Source of the DNA: an uncultured Bacteroidota bacterium
Lineage (GTDB): Bacteria; Bacteroidota; Ignavibacteria; Ignavibacteriales; Ignavibacteriaceae
Length of the DNA: 64,000 bases
NCBI GenBank assembly: GCA_963782985.1
Contig: CAWALU010000011.1
Span: 97,747 to 161,746, forward strand
Direction of reading: 5' to 3'
Position 1 is the stretch's first letter; the number at the start of each line of letters is the position of its first letter. Both the position numbers and the translations under genes were made by a program. The notes below the pieces were generated by a model, which saw only the letters and a list, made by a program, of their open reading frames with translations, was not told the origin of the DNA and ran no database searches. Shown here one piece after another: positions 17,578 to 26,912 of this stretch.

Positions 17578-19659
17578 ATGATGAAATCATACTTACACAA
17601 AATATTAATATTTATTTTCCTATTAACCTGTTTTACCTTAGCTCAAAAAAAGCCTTTTACTATTGATGATTTATATAAAGTTAAAAATGTGGATAATCCT
17701 GTTCTCTCATCTTCCGAAAATAAAATTGCTTTTACGGTAACCGATTACAATTTGAATGAAGGTAAAAGCAGCGCCGGTATTTTTATAATCGATAATGATG
17801 GAAATGAAATAACAAATATCGGCGATGAGAAAAAAACATTTAGCAAACCAATGTGGTCGCCGGATGATAATACTTTATATTTTATTAATAGCTCGCAGCT
17901 TTATTCTTATAATTTTGAATCAAAGCAAACTAAACAATTGACAAATTGGGCAATGGGTATTTCGGCTCCCATACTTTCCCCCGATGGAAATTACGTTGCA
18001 TTTACAACTGACATTTATCCCGAATGCGGAATTGATAATGAGTGTAATAAAAATACTGACAGCTCTGCAATAAAAGGTCCCATTCAAGCTTACATTGCCG
18101 ATGCGCTTTTGTACAGGCATTGGACAAAATATAATAGAGAAAAAGAATATCATCTTTTTATTTATGATATTAAAAATAATTCTTATCGCGATCTGGCTAA
18201 AAGCGAATGGCTTTCTGATGAATATAAATTGGGCGGAGATGCAAAGTATAGTTTTTCACCCGACAGCAAAGAACTGTGTTTTATTTCCAGCCCCGAAAAA
18301 AATCTTGCCGCGTCTACTAACGGCGATTTATATACAATCTCAATAAGCGGCGGAACTCCCGTTAATATTACTTCTTCAAATAAATCATGGGACGGATCTC
18401 CAAATTATTCTCCTGATGGGAAATACATCGCATACAGGTTACAAGAAGTTCCTGACTTTGAAGCTGATAGATATCGTCTTGCAATTTATGATCGAGCTTC
18501 AAAGCAATCTAAAATATTAACTGAGCCATTTGATTATGATGCAGATAATTTGGAATGGGGAAGCGATTCTAAAACAATTTACTTCACCGCTGAAGTTGAA
18601 GGCTACCAGCCAATTTATAGCGTTAATATTAATTCGTTAAAAATTTCTGAAGTAAGCGAGAAGCTATCAATTTTTAATTATGATGTTTCACCGAAAAATA
18701 ATTCTATAGTTTATAATGCGCGAACTGTAGCAAAACCCGGCGAGATTTATAAATTAGATTTAGCATCCAAAGAAAGTAAACAGCTTACGTTTTTCAATAA
18801 ACAATTATTAAGCGAAGTTGATTTTCGCTCCGCAGAGCAAATGTGGGTTGAAGGCGCTGATGGAATAAAAGTTCAAGTGTTTATTGTAAAGCCGCACAAT
18901 TTTGATGAGACAAAAAAATATCCATTAATATTAAATGTTCACGGCGGACCTCAAAGCCAGTGGATGGATTCATTCAGAGGCGATTGGCAAATTTACCCGG
19001 GCGCCGGTTACATTGTTGCTTTTCCTAATCCTCACGGCTCAAAAGGATTCGGACAAGAATATACGAATGAAATTTCAAGAGATTGGGGCGGTAAAGTTTT
19101 TGAAGATTTAATGAAAGTTACTGATGCGCTTGAGCAGCTTCCTTATGTTGATACTGCAAGAGTCGGCGCTATGGGCTGGTCTTTCGGCGGTTATATGATG
19201 AACTGGTTTCAGGCAAAAACTAAAAGATTTAAATGTCTCGCTTCAATGATGGGAATTTTTGATTTGGAATCTATGTGGGGCGCGACAGAAGAATTATGGT
19301 TTGTTAATTGGGACTTAGGCGGCGCGCCTTGGATGTCGGATGATTATAAAAAATATTCGCCTTCAAATTATGCTAAAGATTTTTCTACTCCAACATTAAT
19401 AATTACAGGTGAAAAAGATTACCGTGTTTCTTACACTCAAAGCGTTCAATATTTTACTACGCTTCAAACTTTAGGAATCGATTCCAGATTAATAATATTT
19501 CCAAATGACGGACATTGGCCCAACAACGTTAAATCAATGCCGCTTTATTATAACGCTCATCTGGAATGGTTTCACAAATATTTGGGCGGCGGCAACGCGC
19601 CTTATGATTCAAAAGAAATGATAAAGAATTTGGAGTTTTCTAAGAACGAAAATCAATAA
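17578..19659 (+). CDS. S9 family serine peptidase (prolyl oligopeptidase / acylaminoacyl-peptidase type) with N-terminal beta-propeller
   Basis: 693 aa with a signal peptide. Repeated 'SPDG.Y.AF' propeller motifs, the nucleophile elbow 'GWSFGGYM', and the C-terminal 'GEKDYRV' and 'DGHW' Asp/His contexts. Confidence 0.9.
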   Translation: MMKSYLHKILIFIFLLTCFTLAQKKPFTIDDLYKVKNVDNPVLSSSENKIAFTVTDYNLNEGKSSAGIFIIDNDGNEITNIGDEKKTFSKPMWSPDDNTLYFINSSQLYSYNFESKQTKQLTNWAMGISAPILSPDGNYVAFTTDIYPECGIDNECNKNTDSSAIKGPIQAYIADALLYRHWTKYNREKEYHLFIYDIKNNSYRDLAKSEWLSDEYKLGGDAKYSFSPDSKELCFISSPEKNLAASTNGDLYTISISGGTPVNITSSNKSWDGSPNYSPDGKYIAYRLQEVPDFEADRYRLAIYDRASKQSKILTEPFDYDADNLEWGSDSKTIYFTAEVEGYQPIYSVNINSLKISEVSEKLSIFNYDVSPKNNSIVYNARTVAKPGEIYKLDLASKESKQLTFFNKQLLSEVDFRSAEQMWVEGADGIKVQVFIVKPHNFDETKKYPLILNVHGGPQSQWMDSFRGDWQIYPGAGYIVAFPNPHGSKGFGQEYTNEISRDWGGKVFEDLMKVTDALEQLPYVDTARVGAMGWSFGGYMMNWFQAKTKRFKCLASMMGIFDLESMWGATEELWFVNWDLGGAPWMSDDYKKYSPSNYAKDFSTPTLIITGEKDYRVSYTQSVQYFTTLQTLGIDSRLIIFPNDGHWPNNVKSMPLYYNAHLEWFHKYLGGGNAPYDSKEMIKNLEFSKNENQ

Positions 19660-19697
19660 AATATAATTGAATTTTTTGGTAGAATTATAATCCGAAA

Positions 19698-20009
19698 TTA
19701 ATTATTGTGGATTTTATAATTTATTATTTCAAATCTTTTTTTAGGAAGGGAATTCAAATTATTAATAACTTCAATTCGATTATTGTTTTCAAAATCATTG
19801 GCGCGGTTTGAAATTCTACTATTAATATTTTGGCGCTCATTTTCAATTTTAATCCGCTGAAGTTTATGTTTTGAATCAACATGAAAAAAATCATTTTGCA
19901 AATTACTTTTTTCTTTTAATTTCAATGATAAAAATGAAATTGTAAGTAGAATAAACGAAAGGAACATTATTAAAGTAACTACCGAAAATATAATTTGAAT
20001 TAATTCCAT
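19698..20009 (-). CDS. Hypothetical small membrane-anchored protein
   Basis: 103-aa ORF with one N-terminal TM helix and an Asn/Lys-rich tail. No recognisable domain. Confidence 0.35.
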   Translation of the reverse strand: MELIQIIFSVVTLIMFLSFILLTISFLSLKLKEKSNLQNDFFHVDSKHKLQRIKIENERQNINSRISNRANDFENNNRIEVINNLNSLPKKRFEIINYKIHNN

Positions 20010-20259
20010 CTCAGCCTCAGTTTAGTTTCCTTATAAAATTCAATTCTTATTCCAAAAGGAAATTGATTGAATTTTATCTAAAAACTCACAATTGACTTTA
20101 TTAAAATGAGATATTAAAGATCATTTCAATTTGTTTGATATCATAAACTAATTACCAATTTTTTGATTTCTACAAATTCTTAGATAATTTATCTGTATAT
20201 TTTATAAAGAGTTATGTATCTGTAACTTTTTTTTATTTAATAAAAATTCAGGTGAAAAC

Positions 20260-20559
20260 ATGACAAAGGCAGATATAGTTGATAAAGTTGCCGGCGGAAC
20301 AGGATTAACAAAATTAGAAACTGAAGCAATAATTGAAGGCTTTTTTAAAACTGTAATTGAAGCGTTAAAAGATGGCAACGGAATAGAAATTAGAGGATTT
20401 GGTAGCTATAAGGTTAAAAAGAAAAATGCTCGTCAAGCAAGAAATCCTAAAACAGGCGAAAAAGTTTTTGTGCCTGAACACTTTATTCCAACTTTTAAAT
20501 TTTCAAAAGACTTTAAAGATTTAGTGGATAAAGGAATGAAAGAGAAAGAAAATAATTGA
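20260..20559 (+). CDS. HU/IHF family DNA-binding protein (IHF-beta-like)
   Basis: 99 aa. 'GFGSYKVKKKNARQARNPKTGEKVFVPEHFIPTFKFSK' is the beta-arm with the conserved Pro of the HU/IHF fold. Confidence 0.9.
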   Translation: MTKADIVDKVAGGTGLTKLETEAIIEGFFKTVIEALKDGNGIEIRGFGSYKVKKKNARQARNPKTGEKVFVPEHFIPTFKFSKDFKDLVDKGMKEKENN

Positions 20560-21311
20560 TGTCAAAATTTTGTCCGGCATGTGGAATTAAGTTAGATGGA
20601 AATTTTAAATTTTGCCCAAATTGCGGCGCTGATTTAGGGAATGTAAAAAGCGAATCTTTAAAGCAAAAGAAAAATATTAAACCGTCCCAAAAACAATTTA
20701 AAGCTTCGGCGGTGTCTCATCCAAATAAGGAAAAACAACTGGACGTTAAAACAATTGTAATTATTATTTTAAGTTTACTGCTGCTTGCGGTTGTTATTCT
20801 TTACGGTTCGGGAGTTTTTGACTCACACGAAACAACTGTAACAAATACAATTGTTCCAAACCAAAATCAAAATCAAAACTTAAATCAAAACTCTAATATT
20901 GATCTCACCAATCTCAATAAAATAAATGAGCTTGAGAATCAGGTAAAAGCAAATCCAAGTAATAAACAGGCTTTGCTACAACTTGCGCATTTAAAAAACG
21001 ACGCCGGTTTATATGATAAAGCTATTGAAAATTATAAAGAATATTTAAAATCAAATCCATCCGATGCTGACGCAAGAATTGATATGGGTGTTTGTTATTA
21101 TAATTTGAAAGATTATAGCGCGGCAATTTCTGAAATGAAAAAAGCTCTGGAATATAAACCTAAACATCAGATAGGGCATTTGAACTTAGGAATTGTTAAC
21201 TTAGGGGCTGGAAATATGGAAGAATCTAAAAAATGGCTTCAGAAAGCTGTAGATATCGACCCAAATTCTGAAGTAGGACAAAGAGCAAAAGAATTATTAA
21301 AATCTCATTAA
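20559..21311 (+). CDS. Zinc-ribbon / TPR repeat membrane protein
   Basis: N-terminal 'CPACG...CPNCG' zinc ribbon, one TM helix, an N/Q-rich linker, then TPR repeats ('AIENYKEYLKSNPSDADARIDMGVCYYNLKDYSAAISEMKKALEYKP'). The ATG overlaps the upstream stop (TGATG). The ORF track begins 3 nt earlier, at a TTG. Confidence 0.75.
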   Translation: MSKFCPACGIKLDGNFKFCPNCGADLGNVKSESLKQKKNIKPSQKQFKASAVSHPNKEKQLDVKTIVIIILSLLLLAVVILYGSGVFDSHETTVTNTIVPNQNQNQNLNQNSNIDLTNLNKINELENQVKANPSNKQALLQLAHLKNDAGLYDKAIENYKEYLKSNPSDADARIDMGVCYYNLKDYSAAISEMKKALEYKPKHQIGHLNLGIVNLGAGNMEESKKWLQKAVDIDPNSEVGQRAKELLKSH

Positions 21312-21331
21312 AATATAAATAGGAGGTAACC

Positions 21332-21427
21332 ATGCCTTGCGGAAAAAAACGCAAACGACATAAAATGTCAACGCACAAAAGAAAAAAAAGATTACGTAAA
21401 AATAGACATAAGAAAAAACTTAGATAA
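21332..21427 (+). CDS. 31-aa Lys/Arg-rich microprotein, bS22-like (AURKAIP1/mS38-type small ribosomal protein)
   Basis: Not in the ORF track because it is under 60 aa. Hand translation gives 'MPCGKKRKRHKMSTHKRKKRLRKNRHKKKLR*'. A strong AGGAGG sits at 21321-21326, 5 nt upstream, and an intrinsic terminator follows. Confidence 0.6.
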   Translation: MPCGKKRKRHKMSTHKRKKRLRKNRHKKKLR

Positions 21428-21451
21428 TCTTTTAATTTTTTTTGAAGATTA

Positions 21452-21490
21452 AATGGTAAATGATATTTTAACGTTTACCATTTTTATTTT
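21452..21490 (+). terminator. Intrinsic terminator after the bS22-like gene
   Basis: AATGGTAAA-13 nt-TTTACCATT stem followed by a T-rich run. Confidence 0.6.
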
Positions 21491-21495
21491 TTAAA

Positions 21496-21568
<73 letters not shown>

Positions 21569-21658
21569 CTCTTCATTTTAAAGCATTCCTTTCTCTATAT
21601 CTCACCAAATAAAATATCGCGTAATCAAAAAAATATTATTAAAGTTGTAAGATTTTTC

Positions 21659-21712
21659 TTGACATTCGTTTAAATTTTCCATTATTTTGGGATGTGGTGG
21701 GTAATTGTGGTG
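21659..21712 (+). promoter_or_regulatory. Putative dcw (mraZ) promoter with GTGG-repeat candidate MraZ operator
   Basis: TTGACA (21659-21664), an 18-nt spacer and TATTTT. Immediately downstream are 'GTGGTGGG' (21694-21701) and 'GTGGTG' (21707-21712), just upstream of the mraZ GTG start. Confidence 0.35.
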
Positions 21713-21737
21713 AAAAATACCAAATTAGGAAAAAACA

Positions 21738-22172
21738 GTGTTTAAAGGTCAATTTTCTTATTCGATAGATTCTAAAGGAAGAATTAGCATTCCAGCCAAA
21801 CTGCGTAAACACGTCTCGCCCGAAGCTAACGATACTTTTGTAATGACACAAGGAACAGCGGCATGTATTGATATTTATCCGCTCGATCAGTGGCAGCAAT
21901 TTGAGGAGAAGTTGTTAAAGCTAAACCCCTTCAACCCGATGGAAGCAAAATTTATAAGAATGATAATGCAGCATGCGTCAGACGATACATTGGATAATCA
22001 ATCGCGAATTTTAATTCCGCAAAATTTAATTCAGTATGCAAAAATAGAAAATGAAGTTTTAATATTAGGCGCGTTAAAAAAAATTGAAGTTTGGAATCCA
22101 AAAATTTACGAAGAATATTTAAAACAATCTGATGAAAGCTACGAATCGATTGCAGCCAAAGTTATGGCTTAA
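21738..22172 (+). CDS. mraZ: Transcriptional regulator MraZ
   Basis: 144 aa with two SpoVT/AbrB-like halves ('FSYSIDSKGRISIPAKLR', 'DNQSRILIPQNL'). It is the first gene of the dcw cluster and uses a GTG start. Confidence 0.93.
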   Translation: MFKGQFSYSIDSKGRISIPAKLRKHVSPEANDTFVMTQGTAACIDIYPLDQWQQFEEKLLKLNPFNPMEAKFIRMIMQHASDDTLDNQSRILIPQNLIQYAKIENEVLILGALKKIEVWNPKIYEEYLKQSDESYESIAAKVMA

Positions 22173-22176
22173 TTTA

Positions 22177-23124
22177 ATGGCAAGCGAGCATCATAATCCT
22201 GTATTGCTTAATGAAAGTTTAGAATATCTCATTACAAACAAATCAGGAAATTATTTTGACGGAACGCTTGGATTCGGCGGTCATTCAACTGAGATATTGA
22301 ATCGGGTTAATAATGACGCTTTGCTTTTTGCTACCGATGTAGATTTAACCGCATTTAATTTTTCAAAACAAAAATTTGAAAATGATAAAAGGATAAAGCT
22401 TTATAATTGTAATTTTTCTCAAATAGATGTAATAGTTAAAATTGAATCGGCGGCATTCGAGCTTCATTCAAATGAGTTCTTTGACGGTATTTTTTTAGAT
22501 CTCGGAGTTTCATCTTTTCAGCTTGATAATCCTGAATCTGGCTTTACATATAGGAATGAAGCGAAGCTTGATTTGAGAATGGATAAATCAAAAGTTGTTA
22601 GCGCCGCTGATATTATTAATTCTTTTTCCGAAGAAGATATTGCAAATATTATTTATCAATACGGCGAAGAAAAAAATTCAAGAAAGATTGCTTCCAGAAT
22701 TTGTGAATTTAGAAGACATAAAAAAATTGAAACAACAGTTGAACTGAACAAAATTATTTCGGACATAACGCCGCAGAAATATCAAATTAAAACTTTGTCA
22801 AGAGTGTTTCAGGCTTTGCGTATTTACGTGAATGACGAGTTGGATGTATTAAAAATATTTTTAGAAAAATCTGTGAATCTATTAAAGTCCGGCGGGAGGA
22901 TTGTAATTATTTCTTACCATTCATTGGAAGATAGAATTGTTAAAGAGCAGTTTAAATACGAAACTCTTGATTGTATTTGTCCGAAAGATTATCCGGTTTG
23001 TAAATGTGATAAGGAAAGGCGATTGAAAATTTTAACTAAAAAACCTGTTACTCCTTCATTAGCTGAAATTGAAAAAAATATTCGCTCGCGAAGCGCCAAA
23101 CTTAGGGCTGCTGAAAGAATGTGA
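22177..23124 (+). CDS. rsmH: 16S rRNA (cytosine1402-N4)-methyltransferase RsmH
   Basis: 'HNPVLLNESLEYL', 'DGTLGFGGHS', 'DLGVSSFQLD', 'FQALRIYVNDEL'. I prefer ATG 22177 ('MASEHHNPVLL') to the track start at 22132, which overlaps mraZ. Confidence 0.92.
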   Translation: MASEHHNPVLLNESLEYLITNKSGNYFDGTLGFGGHSTEILNRVNNDALLFATDVDLTAFNFSKQKFENDKRIKLYNCNFSQIDVIVKIESAAFELHSNEFFDGIFLDLGVSSFQLDNPESGFTYRNEAKLDLRMDKSKVVSAADIINSFSEEDIANIIYQYGEEKNSRKIASRICEFRRHKKIETTVELNKIISDITPQKYQIKTLSRVFQALRIYVNDELDVLKIFLEKSVNLLKSGGRIVIISYHSLEDRIVKEQFKYETLDCICPKDYPVCKCDKERRLKILTKKPVTPSLAEIEKNIRSRSAKLRAAERM

Positions 23125-23450
23125 AAAAAAGTTCAAAACCTTTAATCGCATTTATAATATTGTTTTTATTCACCGCTGCAGTTTTAGCGCTTGGTTATGT
23201 AAGCGTAAAATTAAAATGCGAAGTTACAACTAAACAGAAAGTTTTAACGGAAGAAAAATTAAACGCTAAAAAAAATACGAAGGTTAGTTTGATAGCAGAA
23301 TATCAATATTATTCATCGGAAGATAGAATAGTTGAAATAGCAAAAAATCAATTAGGAATGATAAAACAAAATAATTCTTCAATTAAAATTGATGTAAGCA
23401 AAGAAAAGATTGATGAAATATCAAATATTTTAAATGAGATGTATGAGTAA
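23121..23450 (+). CDS. ftsL: Cell division protein FtsL-like (single-pass membrane, coiled coil)
   Basis: 109 aa with one N-terminal TM helix. It sits between rsmH and ftsI, and its GTG start overlaps the rsmH stop. Confidence 0.7.
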   Translation: MKKSSKPLIAFIILFLFTAAVLALGYVSVKLKCEVTTKQKVLTEEKLNAKKNTKVSLIAEYQYYSSEDRIVEIAKNQLGMIKQNNSSIKIDVSKEKIDEISNILNEMYE

Positions 23451-25449
23451 TTCCAGAGCCATAGTTGTAATAATTTTGATCTTAGTTTTTTGCGCCGCCT
23501 TAATTGTTAAGCTGGTTGATATTCAAATTGTTAGAAGCGATGAAATGAAATTTTTTGCCGAACGTCAGCAAACGGCTGTAGAAAAAATTAAAGCGGATAG
23601 AGGATTAATATACGATAGGAATAATGTGCTGCTGGCGTATAATAGAAATGATATTTCATTTTATGCTGATCTTCGAATGTTATCAAAAGAAAATAAAGAT
23701 AGAATAGCAAAAAAGTTTTCTTCGGTATTTAAAAAACCCCAAGCTTATTATTCTTCTTTGCTAAAACAATCAGGCAGGACAATTTGCATTGAAAAAAAAT
23801 CGCCCAGCGAAACAGCTTTACAATTAAAAGATTTTAAAGCGCGGGGATTTTTTTATCGGAAAGAACCTTCGCGCATTTATTATTACGATAAATTAGCCTC
23901 TCATTTATTGGGTTACGTAAACAGCGAATTGAACGGCATAAACGGAATCGAAAAAACTTATGATAGTTTATTAACCGGCGAAGACGGCGCTCGTCTAATT
24001 GAAAGAGACGCTGTTGGCGATATGATTACAATTTCGGAGAAAGAAACAAAAGCCGCCATCCCGGGCGATAATATTTATTTAACAATTAATAGAAGCTATC
24101 AATCAATTTTAGAAGATGAACTTCAAAACGGAATTAAGGAGTTCGGCGGTACCTCTGCTGTCGGAATAATTATGGATCCTAACAATGGAGAAATATTAGC
24201 GCTTGCAAATCTTGGAGATTATAATCCGAATGAATATTGGAATTACAGCGACGACGAAAGAAAGAACAGATCAATAACGGACACTTATGAACCGGGCTCA
24301 ACATTTAAATCAATTTCAATGGCGGTTTTACTTAATGAAAATCTTTGTAAAGAAAATGAACTTCTTAATGTTGAAAACGGAAAGTATAAATTTAAAAGCG
24401 TTTATATATCGGATACTCATCAACATAATTATTTAACCGTAGACGGCGTTTTAGAACAGTCGAGCAATATCGGAATGGCAAAGTTGTCGCAAAGAATTGA
24501 TGATAATAAATTTTATAAATATTTGCGCGGCTTTGGTTTCGGAAATTATTCAGCGTTGGAATTGCCTGGCGAAGCAAAAGGAGTTTTAAAAAAACCAAGT
24601 CGCTGGGGTTCAATAACAAAAGCGTTTATGTCTTATGGATATGGATTGTCTGTTACGCCTTTGCAGCTTACAGCCGCATACTGTGCGCTTGTAAACGGCG
24701 GTTATTTGCTTCAACCGAAACTCGTTAAAAAAATTATTGGTTCAAATGGCGGAGAAATAATTAATTCTAAATCAAAAGAAATCCGACGAGTAATTTCAGA
24801 AAAAACTTCCGATAAAATTAAAAAGATGATGGTGAATGTTATTGAAAAGGGAACCGGTAAAAACGCTAAGATGGATTATATAACCGCTGGAGGCAAAACT
24901 GGCACATCGCAAAAATTAATAAACGGCAGATATTCTAAATCGGAATATAATTCTTCTTTCATAGGATTTTTTCCCGCTGATAATCCTAAGATAATTTGTT
25001 TTGTGCTTGTGAATTCTCCGTCGGTTGGCAAGTACGGAGGAATGGTTGCCGCTCCAATTTTTAAAAATATATCAACTCGAATTATTAATGCCGACCCTGA
25101 CATTTTTCAGAATCATTTTAAAAATGATGGCGATCAAAATTTTGAATTTAAAACTGTTGACTTAAAGGAATTTGATAATAAACAAAATGTAAAAATAGTT
25201 CATGCTGATCAGGAAGTTGCCAAACAATTAAATGAAAAGGATTTAATTAATATTAAAAATATGCCCGATCTTTCAAATTATTCTTTAAGAGATGCAATTT
25301 TAATTTTAACTAAACTGGGAATTAATTATAAAGTTAAAGGCTCCGGAAAAGTAATTGCGCAGACGCTTTCGCCGGGAAATAAAATTGATAAAAGTAAGAT
25401 CTGCACTTTAACTTGTGAAAACAATAACGGCGGAGCAAAAATTTATTAA
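23434..25449 (+). CDS. ftsI: Peptidoglycan D,D-transpeptidase FtsI (class B PBP) with C-terminal PASTA domain
   Basis: N-terminal TM helix. SxxK 'GSTFKS', SxN 'QSSNIG', KTG 'GGKTGTSQ'. The C-terminal 'MPDLSNYSLRDAILILTKLGINYKVKGSGKVIAQTLSPGNKI' is PASTA-like. Confidence 0.92.
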   Translation: MRCMSNSRAIVVIILILVFCAALIVKLVDIQIVRSDEMKFFAERQQTAVEKIKADRGLIYDRNNVLLAYNRNDISFYADLRMLSKENKDRIAKKFSSVFKKPQAYYSSLLKQSGRTICIEKKSPSETALQLKDFKARGFFYRKEPSRIYYYDKLASHLLGYVNSELNGINGIEKTYDSLLTGEDGARLIERDAVGDMITISEKETKAAIPGDNIYLTINRSYQSILEDELQNGIKEFGGTSAVGIIMDPNNGEILALANLGDYNPNEYWNYSDDERKNRSITDTYEPGSTFKSISMAVLLNENLCKENELLNVENGKYKFKSVYISDTHQHNYLTVDGVLEQSSNIGMAKLSQRIDDNKFYKYLRGFGFGNYSALELPGEAKGVLKKPSRWGSITKAFMSYGYGLSVTPLQLTAAYCALVNGGYLLQPKLVKKIIGSNGGEIINSKSKEIRRVISEKTSDKIKKMMVNVIEKGTGKNAKMDYITAGGKTGTSQKLINGRYSKSEYNSSFIGFFPADNPKIICFVLVNSPSVGKYGGMVAAPIFKNISTRIINADPDIFQNHFKNDGDQNFEFKTVDLKEFDNKQNVKIVHADQEVAKQLNEKDLINIKNMPDLSNYSLRDAILILTKLGINYKVKGSGKVIAQTLSPGNKIDKSKICTLTCENNNGGAKIY

Positions 25450-26912
25450 TGGAATTAACCGAATTAATAAATAGCGTAAAAGTTATAAGCGCAATTGGAG
25501 AAATTCAGCGGCAAGATGTAGCCAGCATTGTTTATGATTCAAGAAAAGTTGAAAAAAATTCTGTGTTTGTTGCTATCAAAGGTTTTACTACCGACGGACA
25601 TAAATTTATTTTGCAGGCTTTAAGCAAAGGCGCTATCGCGATAATACTTGAAGATAATTTTGCCGTACCTGATGAAATTTTTATTCATCAAAAAGCCGCA
25701 AAAATTTTAGTGCATAACAGCAGAGCCGCATTAGCGGAAATATCAAATTATTTTTATAAAGAACCGTCAAAAAAATTAAAGCTGATAGGCATAACCGGAA
25801 CGAACGGAAAAACAACAACTTCATATTTCATCAAAAATATTTTTGAAGAAGCAGGTTTTAAAACAGGAATGATCGGAACAATTTCAAATTTCATAGGAAG
25901 CAAAGAAATTAAATCGACTTTAACTACGCCCGAAGCAAACGATTTAAATTTATTTTTTAACGAAATGCTTAATGAAGGCTGCAGCCACGCAGTAATGGAG
26001 GTTTCGTCTCATTCGCTGGTACTAAACCGGGTGAGTAATTTAACGTTCAGCGCGGCGGTTTTTACTAATATAACTTCAGATCATCTTGATTTCCATAAAG
26101 ATTTTGATAGCTACTTAAAAGCAAAAAAAATTTTATTTGACAATCTGAGTGTTTCTGCATTTGGTGTTTACAATGCGGATGAAAATAATAGCACGCGTCT
26201 TATTCAAAATTCTATGGCGCGTTTTCATTCTTATGGGAAGGCATCAAATGCAGATTTTATTTTAAGCGATGTTAACTATGATTTGAGTGGAACTAATTTT
26301 CAACTCGCATATCATAATGAAAGTTATCCGGTTTCAACTTCGCTGGTGGGCGAGTTTAACGCTTATAATGCCGCCGCAGCAATAGCCGTTACCGTTTTAC
26401 TCGGCGTAAATTTTAAAACAGCAATTGAAGGAATAAAAAATACAAAGCAAGTGCCGGGCAGATTTGAAATAGTAGGAGAGAATAATAAAAAAGTAATTGT
26501 GGATTATTCCCATACTTCCGACAGTCTGGAAAAGGCTCTGCAAGCGGTTCATAAAATTGTAAAAAAATCTGTTCCCGTTTATACTGTATTTGGCTGCGGC
26601 GGAAATAGAGATAAAACCAAGCGCCCAATTATGGGGAAGATTGCTTCTGATTTAAGCGATAAAATTTTTATTACGTCGGATAATCCAAGAAGCGAAGACC
26701 CGTCTAAAATTATTAATGACATAAAATCCGGCATTACAAAAAATAATGTTGAAGTAATTGAAAACAGAGAAGAAGCAATAAAATCAGCTATTCAAAACGC
26801 CGAGGATGACGCCGTAATTTTAATTGCCGGCAAAGGTCATGAAGATTATCAGGAAATAAATGGAGTCAGATTTCATTTTTCAGATAAGGAAATTGCTCAA
26901 AAATATTTATGA
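25449..26912 (+). CDS. murE: UDP-N-acetylmuramoyl-L-alanyl-D-glutamate--2,6-diaminopimelate ligase
   Basis: P-loop 'GITGTNGKTTT'. The 'DNPR' motif ('TSDNPRSEDP') is characteristic of meso-DAP-adding MurE. The start overlaps the ftsI stop (TAATG). Confidence 0.95.
   Translation: MELTELINSVKVISAIGEIQRQDVASIVYDSRKVEKNSVFVAIKGFTTDGHKFILQALSKGAIAIILEDNFAVPDEIFIHQKAAKILVHNSRAALAEISNYFYKEPSKKLKLIGITGTNGKTTTSYFIKNIFEEAGFKTGMIGTISNFIGSKEIKSTLTTPEANDLNLFFNEMLNEGCSHAVMEVSSHSLVLNRVSNLTFSAAVFTNITSDHLDFHKDFDSYLKAKKILFDNLSVSAFGVYNADENNSTRLIQNSMARFHSYGKASNADFILSDVNYDLSGTNFQLAYHNESYPVSTSLVGEFNAYNAAAAIAVTVLLGVNFKTAIEGIKNTKQVPGRFEIVGENNKKVIVDYSHTSDSLEKALQAVHKIVKKSVPVYTVFGCGGNRDKTKRPIMGKIASDLSDKIFITSDNPRSEDPSKIINDIKSGITKNNVEVIENREEAIKSAIQNAEDDAVILIAGKGHEDYQEINGVRFHFSDKEIAQKYL

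Noticed and set aside
18095-18346. 83-aa plus-strand ORF overlapping the S9 peptidase in another frame
   Set aside because: It is embedded in a conserved coding region of the peptidase and has no independent signals.
20860-20900. Short 'aaccaaaatcaaaatcaaaac' DNA repeat
   Set aside because: It encodes an in-frame N/Q-rich linker (NQNQNQNLNQNSN) of the TPR protein. It is low-complexity coding sequence, not a regulatory or mobile repeat.
21639-21899. 86-aa minus-strand ORF spanning the mraZ promoter and 5' end
   Set aside because: It overlaps the mraZ coding sequence and promoter, is Cys-rich with random-looking sequence, and has no support.
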